A stretch of 64,000 nucleotides of DNA. It comes from Octopus vulgaris. Its lineage: Eukaryota. The notes beneath the pieces were generated by a model, which had not been told where the DNA came from, did not search any database, and saw only the letters and a program-made list of their open reading frames with translations. Location of the stretch: contig OX597835.1 of assembly GCA_951406725.2 (NCBI GenBank), positions 15,748,001-15,812,000 of the forward strand, given 5' to 3'. Shown here piece after piece: positions 1 through 10,900 of this stretch. A program made the translations under genes and the position numbers. How positions within the stretch are numbered: the stretch's first letter is position 1; each line of letters starts with the position of its first letter.

Positions 1-110
1 GTTAAGAGGTGACTGTCTTAACTTCACGGCCATGCCTGCACTTATTACCAACTCTTTAATGCCCATAACATCAAGGTTAGCTACTCAGGCTTAGATAATC
101 CCATTCAACG

Positions 111-545
111 TTACTGGTTACAACAGAAACAAATATGCAGTCTGCACTCTGCTCTCGTCCGTTGAAAGAAGCTCGTGAAAGACAACACTTTTCTAATCCC
201 ATCAAACTGAAAGCAGAATCTTGTTTGGATGAAGTCCTCCTTTGGAAATTGTGGTGGTTCACTGCGCTTCCACCATGATCTTTTGTATTTCATATTGTTA
301 TAGACAATCCATTTTTCATCCTCTGACATCATTCTCTTCAAAAGAAAACATTTTCTTCATGTTTCTGCAACGATTGGAAATCCATTGGGGGACGTTAGCC
401 TCATTCAGTTGATGTGGGACCGATGCATCGAGGCTGCTGACATAACCAAATTGATGTGGATGGTTTTCAACACAAGGTTTGTATATTTGGAGAATATCTG
501 CAATCATCCTAATCGTATTACAGAGGTTGGTATCAAATAGTTCCT
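111..545 (-). mobile_element. Degraded mariner (DD34D-type) transposase fragment
   Basis: Frameshifted frames read ...IADILQIYKPCVENHPHQFGYVSSLDASVPHQL... and ...EDEKWIVYNNMKYKRSW..., matching the mariner WVPHEL and TGDEKWI-Y-N motifs. Confidence 0.8.
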
Positions 546-854
546 GGCCAGCCAGAGTGAGATCCATCTTGAATCGAAAAATCTCCCTCATCAAAATCTT
601 CAAAAACTACTTCGGGCACACATGTTCTGTAACAGCATCCACTTTGTACTCAACGCATATCTCCCTGAAGGTTTCTGCCCCCTTCTTATCGTTTTTGAAA
701 ATAAAAGAAAGTATGAGGTGCTGATAAAATAAGTATCAGTTGAGCACTGGGGTTGATGTATCTGATTTGTGCCCCCCACCAACATTGCTGGCCTTGTGCC
801 AGAAAATTTTGAAGTCAATATTTTGTGGTCTTGCAGCCACAAGATTGCTTGGAG

Positions 855-1185
855 ATACATGTCCTCATGCACCACCTCCAGCCTGGTGAGCTTTGCATCC
901 ACATCTTTTTCTCGTGCAATGGCAATGCATTTATTTGCTGGGGTCATTGTTGATGATCTCCTGGATTTCAGCGACGAATTCTGGTGTTCTGATGACGTCC
1001 GATTGTCGGTCATTGGTTTTTCCTCTCGGCTGTTGCCTCGTAGTCGAGTCCCAAACCCCACCAGCAGCTCCTTTCTGGCTTTTCCCACCATCCATCTGCT
1101 GCTGACGTTGCGTAAGTCTGAAATCTCATTGCTTGTCCCTCCGGCACAGATTCCAACGAGGACTCCATGCCTCTTCCACAAATTG
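855..1185 (-). mobile_element. Degraded Tc1/mariner-superfamily (maT-like) transposase N-terminal HTH fragment
   Basis: Joining frames gives KRHGVLVGICAG..NEISD..KARKEL..DYEATAERK..SDVIRTPEFVAEIQEIINNDPSK*..AIARE..VVHEDM, with stops and frameshifts. Confidence 0.6.
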
Positions 1186-1259
1186 GTGGTGGTGGCCAAC
1201 AACTCTGCAAAAATATATAAATAAAGCAAGAATGGTTATTGTTTTTAAGAAGAAAAACT

Positions 1260-1671
1260 GGATGTTTTTGGTTTGAACGGCAGGTTTTAACATAATTTCT
1301 AGGTAACTAAAAAATTTTAAACTTCGTATACTGGTAGAATGTGTTTATAAAACATCTTTTTCTCTTGGCTTTATTGAGAAAATTCTATAGTTTGTAAGAT
1401 ATTTGTTGTGTTTTATTCTTCAATTTCTGCAATTTCAACCAATCACTGACGTCTATTGAGGTAAACAACATTCTGTGCCGTATGAATATGTCCCTCGTTT
1501 AAGAAACAGATTGGGTTTATTTACATTTGTGAAGAAAAAAAAATACTCTTCCCCCTACCCCTAACCCTAAAATAGATTGAAATGTAATAGATCGATACTA
1601 GGGTCATAATTATGGGTGACAATTTCATATGACACCGCTAGATAAAACTGCCGTTCAAACCGAAAACATCC
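1260..1671. mobile_element. MITE with 24-bp terminal inverted repeats
   Basis: ggatgtttttggtttgaacggcag (1260-1283) and ctgccgttcaaaccgaaaacatcc (1648-1671), one mismatch. Confidence 0.8.
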
Positions 1672-2039
1672 GACATCGATAGTAAAAAAAAAAATAAAAT
1701 ACGTAAAAGTGGCAGTTGAAAATTGCGAACGAATACAGTCCCCGGCCTATCTCGGTATTTACGCAGCACATTTTCTTCTGGTATGCGATTATAGTATGAA
1801 TGGTGCTGTGATAAGTAGTCATCCTCGTTAAACTAATACCCGGAACTAAGTTACTCTGAGATGATATTATGTGTATATACTTTAAAACTTGTGTGGAAGC
1901 ATTGCATTTTAGCAAAGGAATATCAAAGACAGTGTTATTAAGAGAAAAGAGGTGATAATTTAAAAAACAGTTTGAGAAAAAGTATCGAATAAAGCAGAAA
2001 TGTATTAGTGTGGACCGTAAAACTGTCTGAATAGAGGTG

Positions 2040-2111
2040 CTCCACGCATGCGTTTAATTAAACCCACGTGGAAACCGTTGAATGTAAACAATTTTCTGCA
2101 AGGTGCCCCAA
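2040..2111 (+). promoter_or_regulatory. Putative ZNHIT6 proximal promoter / 5' UTR
   Basis: CpG-retaining patch with the palindrome ACGCATGCGT (NRF1-like, 2044-2053) and E-box CACGTG (2065-2070) just upstream of ATG 2112. Confidence 0.4.
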
Positions 2112-2125
2112 ATGACGTCTCCAAG
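2112..2125 (+). CDS. ZNHIT6: ZNHIT6 coding exon 1 (MTSP-S)
   Basis: ATGACGTCTCCAAG|gtaat; phase 2 fits exon 2. Confidence 0.6.
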
Positions 2126-5100
2126 GTAATTTCATTAAGGCTATATTTTCGTTATTATGGGTTTACATTTTTCTAGCTGAAATATAATATTTATTCCATG
2201 TAATCAAAGATTAATTATGGTTTTTAGTGTTTTACTTTCACTGCTATTGACTCGATATAAATGTATTGAAATGAAAATTTTCCGTCTGTGCGACATGGAC
2301 AATAATTAATTAAATATATGTCATATTTCGTTGACTTAATTTTCTTTAATTTTAACCCCATACTTACATGTCATTAAAGCGAAAGATAAGATAGTCTAAA
2401 GAAGTTCTAGCTGGGTGTTTTAATATTAATAATTAGTGTTCGCCCCCTTAATGGATATTATAACGAACAACGTATTTACTGTTTTCACACCTTCTTACCA
2501 TGTTTTGTTCTCCACGGTAACTGCTGTGTATTTACTTTTTAACAGTTGAAATATGTCACAAACATATTTCGGTAAATTTTTACCCATATTTCAACTAACC
2601 TAAATTTTACAAATAGTAAATAAATAAAAATGAAAGAAATAGCAGGTGATTTTGTTTTAATATAAATAAGTTTGTGGTATAACAAATGTAGATGGAGTTT
2701 TGGAATAGCTGTCCCTCGAAGTCTTACAGGAAAGAAGAAAGAATTGTCCCTTCATTTTTCAGTTTTCCTGTCTTTCCACGTACAATACGAAAATGTCTAA
2801 GAACAAATATTAATGCCAGTTGAGCACGGTTCTGATCCACCGAAGTCAACTTTGCCTTCCAATTTTCCGTAGAAGATAAAATAAAGTACCTATTAGATAC
2901 TTTGCTTTGTGATTGGATTTGGTTGATGGAAACTGAAAGAAGCCTGTTATATGTGTGTGTCTGTGTTTGTTCCCACCCATCACCACTTGACAACTGGTGT
3001 TGGTGTGTTTACATCCCCATAACTTAGCAGTTCAGCAAAAGAGACTGATAGAGTGAGTACTAGGCTTAAAAATAAGTCCTGGGGTCGATTTGTTTGATTT
3101 AAAAAAAAGAAAACCTTACGGTGATGCTCCAGCATGGCCACAGTCAAATGACTGAAACGAGTAAAAGTGTAATTTAATTTTTAGAACAATATTGTAGGGT
3201 AGGTCTTAGGGCCCAGATCTGGTCAGGTAAAATATTTGGGCTGGATCTGGCTGGTTTAGATGCTGAAGGGTCAAGGCAATGTCATTTGATAAGCAAGCAG
3301 CTGTCCCTCTTTACAATTTTATTAATAACTGGTTGTTGATTGCCAGTTAATTAAATTAAAGTTCCTTGGTCTTGTTATTAAATTACTGAATATATTTCTG
3401 CATTTTTAGTGAAATTGCCAAATGTGATGTCTGCCAGAAGCAACCATTTAAATACAGGTGTCCTTGTTGTTCAAAGCAAACCTGCTCGTTAACGTGTGTT
3501 AAGCAGCACAAGAATGATACAGGTTGTTCTGGTGTTCGAAATAAAACTGCTTTTGTAGCTGTTGATGATTTCAGTGACTTAAATCTTTTAAATGGTAAGT
3601 AAATGTCTTCTCTATTTAATATAACTTTATTATTATTTAATTTTCACAAAAAAAAAAGAAGTTAATTTCATTTCTTTCATTTTTTATAACAATGAAATTG
3701 CTGTCATCATCATTATCATTTAACGTCCGCTTTCCATGCTAGCATGGGTTGGACAATTTGACTGAAGACTGGCGAACTAGATGGCTGCACCAGGCTCCAA
3801 TTTGATCTGGCAGAGTTTCTACAGCTGGATGCCCTTCTTAACGCCAACCACTCCGTGAGTGTAGAGGGTGCTTTTACGTGCCACCGGCAAAAGGGCCAGT
3901 CAGGCAGGACTGGCAACGGTCACCCTCAAATGATGTTTTTTACGTGCCACCTGCACAGGAGCCAGTCCAGCGGCACTGGCAACGACCTTGCTCGAATATT
4001 TTTTCACGTGCCAGTAAAGCGACGCTAGTAATGATCATGCTCGAATGGTGCTTTTTACGTGCCCCCAGCACGGAAGCCAGTTTGCTGCTCTGCCAACGAT
4101 CTCACTCTGATGGTGATAAGCTCGTAAACATTTTATAAATGGTTTCGGGAAGTATATATAAGTACAAGGGTAGCTGTGTGCGTGAGAAGCTTGCTTTGCA
4201 ATCAGTTGGTTTTGGGTTCAGTCCCACTGAGTGACACCTTGGATAAGTGTCTGCTACTATAGTCCTGAGATTAACAATGCCTTGTGAGTAAATTTGGTAG
4301 ATGGAAACTGGGGGGGAAGCCCATCATATATATATATATATATATATATAGGTCTATTAAAATTACTAAGTCTCTCTAAAAGAGATTACGGCAGCGTTAC
4401 TGGAAATTAATAGTTATCGCCATACTAATATGGCAATCTTATAAATATAAGACTAAAGCTGTCGATGATTAGCTCCAAGAGACCACCGCCTCAAGCTAGC
4501 TATTTGACACACAATCTGCATCCATTATAGACTTTCGAACATAGTATGGCGATAACTATTAATTTCCAGTAACGCTGCCGTAATCTCTTTTAGAGAGACT
4601 TAGTAATTTTAATATTTCTATTATTGAAAACAAGTGGATATATTCCACTGAAACTAGGTAAATAGATTCTTCGAACAGGGACAGTCAGTAGCGACAACCT
4701 GCTGGGTCTGACTACGCTGCATTGATAAAGGGCAACTACCCTGAAACGCGTCTGCAGCTGTCTGACTGGCAGGATGAAGCGGCTGACCTCCCCTGTTCGA
4801 AAGTCTATAATGGACGCAGATTGTGTGTCAAATAGCTAGCTTGAGGTGGTGGCCTCTTGGAGCTAATCAACGACAGCTTTAGTCTTATATTTATAAGATT
4901 GCCATATTAGTATGGCGATAACTATTAATTTATATATAGGTCATTATTGTTTAATGTTTGCTTTCCATGCTGGCATGGATTGCACAGTTTGACATGGAGC
5001 TGACTAGCAGGGAGTTCTCCGTACTCCGGTTGTCTGTTCTGGCATGGTTTCTATGGCCGGATGCCCTTCCTAATGCCAACCACTTAGCAGTGTGCCAAGT

Positions 5101-7924
5101 TCTTTTTACATGCCACTGGTATAGGTGCATTAGTGCAGCTCAACACAGGTACATTTTAAGTGGCACCAGCACATGAAAGGACAAGCCTGTATATGTGGAA
5201 AACAGTGGTTTTAATTAGCTTGATGCGTCTTATCAAGTACAGCAAATTGCCACGTCTACTGATGTGTGTGTGTGGGGGTTGTGTCTGTCCCGCCCCCTAC
5301 CAGTTGCCAACTGGTGGGAGTGTGGTGGGAGTTGGTTATGTGCCTGTAACATAGAGGTTCAACAAATGAGACTGAACAGAATAAGTGTCAGACTGGAACC
5401 AATTTGTTCGTCTCAACTCTTGAAGGCAGTGCCCCAGTATGGCCGCAGTCCAATGATTGAAGCAAGTAAAAGAAAGGGAAAAGATATGTGTGAATAGAAT
5501 CTGTCCCATTGGGAGATAAAATAACAATATTTCAGCAGACTGGAAAGATGTCAAGGAGGTTGTTCACCAAGGAATATATAACTTTAATGTGATCAGTCAC
5601 CATCATCATCATCATCATCATCATCGTCGTCGTTTAACGTCCGTTCTCCATGCTACCATGGGTTGGACGGTTCGACTGGGGATCTGGGAAGCCAGAAGGC
5701 TGCATCAGGCTCCAGTCTGATCTGGCAGTGTTTCTACAGCTGGATGCCCTTCCTAACGCCAACCACTCCGTGAGTGTAGTGGGTGCTTTTTACGTGCCAC
5801 CTGCACTGGAGCCAGGCGAGGCTGGCATCGGCCACGATCGGATTGGTGCATTTTACGTCATATGTCTGTTTTCCATACTGGCAAGGTTTGATAGGAACTG
5901 ACCAGCTGAAGGGCTGTTTTGGCATGGTCTTTATGGCAGCATGGTCCTTCCAAGTAATTTCATGTTCTGGTGATAATTCTTTCTCTTTTCTTTTTCTTTT
6001 CTTCAGATTATCGTCTGCTTGAAGATACTGCACGGGTCACTGATAAATGCAAACGAGATCCACTGTTAAAACATCACAAGTCACGTTCTGTAAGTGAACT
6101 GTTTACCATTCCCGACTGGGAACTAATTTTTGTATTCATTTTTAAGTGCAGCTTTTCTTTGTCTGTTAAAACTTTCTAAACTAAAGGGGAGAAGTACAAG
6201 AAGTAGAGTTTACTCAGACCTTGCAAAATGAGGTTTAGACAGACACTGGTTGTCTTTGAAATGGAGTTGAGGAGGCTTTTCGTCTCGCAAGTTGCTTAGT
6301 GACTTTACTAGTGTTGGAACCATAGAAAAAAAAACCCAGTATATTTTGTAAAATGGTTGGTGTTAGGAAGGACATTCAGCTGTAGAAAGCATGCCAAAGC
6401 AGATACTGGAGCTTGATGTGGCCCTCTGGCTCATCGGATCCTGTCAAATCATCCAACCCATGCCAGCATGGGAAATGGACATTAAAAGATGATGAATGTC
6501 CAATCAGATTGTGTTAAGGGTGAGGACAGCTGTGTAAAGAAGCACTGAGCTCTAATTGTGGAGGGTACCTGTGGAAGGGATAGACCCAGGAAGACATGGG
6601 ACGAAGTGGTGAGAAAGGATCTTCGGATGCTGGACCTCACTGAGGAAGTAACAAGGGACTGGGAGATGTGACGATTTGTTGTATTTAAGATGATGTGTCA
6701 AGCTGAGTAAAATCGCTGTCTTCCATGCATACAGGCTTGTTCTTTTAGGTGCCGGTGCCACATAAAAAGCACCTGTGCTGGTGCTGCAGAAACGCACCTG
6801 TGCCAGTGGCACATAAAAAGCACCCAGCACACTCTGTTAAGTGGTTGGCATTAGGAAGGGCATCCAGCCATAAAAACCATGTTACATCAAACAATTGGAG
6901 TCTGGACAGCTCTCTGACTTACCTGCTCCTGTCAAACCATCCAACCCATGCCAGCATGGAAAAACGGACATTAAACAATAATGATGATGTGAGAAAATCA
7001 TCATCATTACCATTTTAATGCCCACTTTTCCATACTTGCATGGGTCAAGTGGAGTTTGTTGAGGGAATTTTTACAGTCAGATGTCTGCTCTTTTTGTTGC
7101 CAATCCTCACATGTTTCCTAATAAGGGAATGGTTCCCATGAATAAGCACGATTTTCACAGAGGATTGGAAATGGATGTCACTGCTTGTATGACGGTGACA
7201 CTCATTTACAGTTGTTGTGTAGCATCGGTTGTCAAGTGATGTTGTGGGGTGGGAGGACAAACACAGACACACATACATTCATATATATATATATATATGA
7301 CGTGCTTCTTTCAGTTTCTGCCTACCAAATCCACTCACAAGGCTTTGGTCGGCCTGAGGCCATAGTAGAAGACACTTGCCCAAGGTACCATGCAGTGGGA
7401 CTGAACCTGGAACCATGTGGTTGGTAAGCAAGCTACTTACCACACTGCCACTTCCAGTATAAATTAATATTACCGGTGCCTGGCACATTGGAAAAAAAAA
7501 ACTGCCAGTACACCACATCAGACAGTTTGAGAAACATTAATTTAGACGATATGGGGGGAAGAAAGCTGTTAATATTTAGTCAAACTGAAAAGCTTTATGA
7601 AGCATTTATTCAATATTTCAACAATTATTTTCTAGTTGCTGTGGCTGACCAAAGAAACCCACAAAAGGCACATCCATTTGAAATCTCTTCCTTATAATAT
7701 GGAACGGCGGAAACATAACACAAGTATATTCAATTTCAAGTAAGTGATTGGTTATCTTTCATCCTCTTTACTTGTTTCAGTCATTTGACTGTGGCCATGC
7801 TGGAGCACCGCCTTTTAGTCGAGCAAATCGACCTCAGGACTTGTTCTTTGGAAGCCTAGTACTTATTCTATCGGTCTCTTTTGCCGAACCGCTAAGTTAC
7901 GGGGATGTAAACACACAAACATAT

Positions 7925-7989
<65 letters not shown>

Positions 7990-10900
7990 GCTTCTTTCAG
8001 TTTCTGTCTACCAAATCCACTCACAAGGCTTTAGTTGTCCTGAAGCTATAATAGAAGACACTTGCCCAAGGTGCCACGCAGTGGGACTGAACCTAGAACC
8101 ATGTGGTTGGTAAGCAAGCTACTTACCACATAGCCACTCCTACGCCTATAGTAAAAGACCTTCAAGATTCTATGCTGAGGGGGCCAAATCTCAAAATCAC
8201 ACCTGCACCTGTTATATTTTAAATGATTTAATTAATTAATTTATTAAAACTAAATAAACGCTTATCATTAATTTCAGATCTAAACTAATTCAGTGGGACG
8301 TATCTTGGGTATTTCCACAGGCTGGAGTTTCACTTAAAGAAGAAAGGTAAGGCAGAATTAATTAAAGAATAAATTCTCTAATAGGTTTTCACATTGAACG
8401 TTCTCCCAATATTTGAATATTCAATTTCTTTTCTTTAGAATGTCTGAAGACTTGACCATAATGGAAGCATTTCAAAGTATATTCAACACAAGCAAGGCTG
8501 CATCGTTGTTTTTATATAAGCTCAATCAATATCGAAATGCAGACCCAGAGAAGCTGTGCTTTTTAATGAAAGCAGAAATGCATCCCTCAAAAGATATGCA
8601 GTAAGATTTTAATTATTATTTCAACATGTCTTGAATTTGTTTTTCACATGTATGGATGTATGGATGTGTGTATGTATGTATGTATATGCAACAAACAAAC
8701 CAACACATGTATGTTTGATATAATGTGGCATTCAAATGGTTGTGCCAAAAACAGTTAGTTAGCCTCTGACATAGACAGCACAAAGGAAACTACCTATTCC
8801 ATTCCTTTTATTCACACACACACACATATATGTAAAGGTTGGCAACACCATGCAACCATGGAAAAGTAGATAGCAAAACAATCATGATGATACACACACA
8901 TGTGTGTGTGTGCATGTATGTATGTCATCATCATCATTATCATTTAACGTCCACTTTCCATGTTGGCATGGGTTGGACAGTTTGACCAAGGACTGGCAAG
9001 CCAGTAGACTGTACCAGGCTCCAATCTGATCTGGCAAGGTTTCTACAGCTGGATGCCCTTCCTAATGCATCTGTCAGTTATGACAATGAGTGTTCCAGTT
9101 GATCTCGTAAATGGAACAGCCTGCTCATGAAATTAACATGCAAGTGGCTGATCTTTCTACCATAGGCACAAGGCCTGAAATTTTGGGTGGAGGGTCAATA
9201 AATTAAATACACAACTGGTACTTAATTTATTGACTCAAAGGATGAAAGGCAAAGTCGACCTTGGAATTTGAACTCAGAATGTAGCAACAGGTGAAATACC
9301 GCAATGATAATGATTATGATGACATACATACATATATGCATGCACACACACAGATGTGTGTGTATATCATCATATTTGTTGTGCTATCTACTTTTCCATG
9401 GTTGTATGGTGTTGCCAACCTTTATCTGTTTCCATGTTTTCACAGAAGATTGGAAAACAAGGGACTCTGTTTGTATGACTGACATTCATTTATTACAAAC
9501 TCACAATGTCAAGACAAGGGGACACACACACACACACACATGACAGGCTTCTTTCAGTTTCTTATTTCTTTATTGTCCACAAGGGGCTAAACATAGAGGG
9601 GACAAACAAGGACAGACAAATGGATTAAGTCAACTACATCGACCCCAGTGCATAACTGGTACTTATTTTATCGATCCCCAAAAGGATGAAAGGTAAAGTC
9701 GACCTTGGCAGAATTTGAACTCAGAACGTAACAGCAGACGAAATACCGCGAAGCATTTCGCCCGCATTGCTAACGCTTCTGCCAGCTCGCTGCCTTCGAC
9801 TTTTACTTCCTCTAAGTGATCGGGTTTGATCGTCTTCTCTGGGCCATCAGAGAACGTGCCGTCAACTAAACATACTCAAGGCTTTGGTTGGCCTTGCACT
9901 ATAGTAGAGGATATTTGACCAAGGTTCCTCACAGTGGGACTGAACTTGAAACCACATGGTTGAAAGTTGTAAACCACAGCCATACCTTTCTATGCAGAAC
10001 ATTAAGCTTGTGAGATATATGTGTGTGTGTGCATATAATTTCTTTTTCTTTTCTATTCTGTCTCCTAATTTTGACTAAAAAACCTGGCTATTACAAGTTT
10101 GTCCCCTTTACATATACAGACGTCTGTGACTTTGTCCCTTTGCTCTACTCAATCAAATTTTTCTATTTTGTGAGACTATAAGTTCTCGTGCATATGTTCC
10201 AGTCTCAAGACAGGCTACAGTAATAAGAAACAATTTAAGCTAAGACCATTTTCTTCCCTTATCTAACCTATATCAGCATGGGGGGGAAAAAATGTGATGA
10301 TGATGATGATAGTAATGATCCTTTTTTTTTTCTTGCTTTTAGTTATTACACGTTACAAGCAGACAAAACATTTCTTGATAATTTATATGGAAAGACCCTT
10401 CTGGAGCATCCTGTTATCCACGTTATTTTTGCTGAGGAAAAATCATCTTATTTGTTTCTAATCAATGACAGTAAGTGAATTGTATTTCATTCTTGACATT
10501 TTTGCGATTCTCTTTCTCATATATTATTATGATTCATTATGTAACTTTAATACATAACATATAGAACATATATATACCTTAATACATAATATACATAACT
10601 AGCAGTATCGCCCGGGTTTGTAAGGGAAATAACTATATAAGCATTTTTAGAGAGTTACTTCCTTTATAGATGCCAATTCGGGCTTTCTTAGCCATTTCTG
10701 TTTTGGTGTCTTCAAGCCATGAAGTCGTTGTTCTAAAAGAACGCTGGTCTCCTTGACAACGCGTTACGATGTTGATTTCTTTACACTCCCTTCCCCACAG
10801 CTTCACGAGGGAGGGAAGGGGGAGAAGCAAACAGGTGCAGCTGTGAGCGTGGACGCCAACTCCGCCGCCATCGACACACGAAAAATTATGCATTAAAATG

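Noticed and set aside
600-1229. 209-aa ORF as a host gene exon
   Set aside because: The transposase-like similarity switches frames and contains stops; it is a Tc1/mariner relic.
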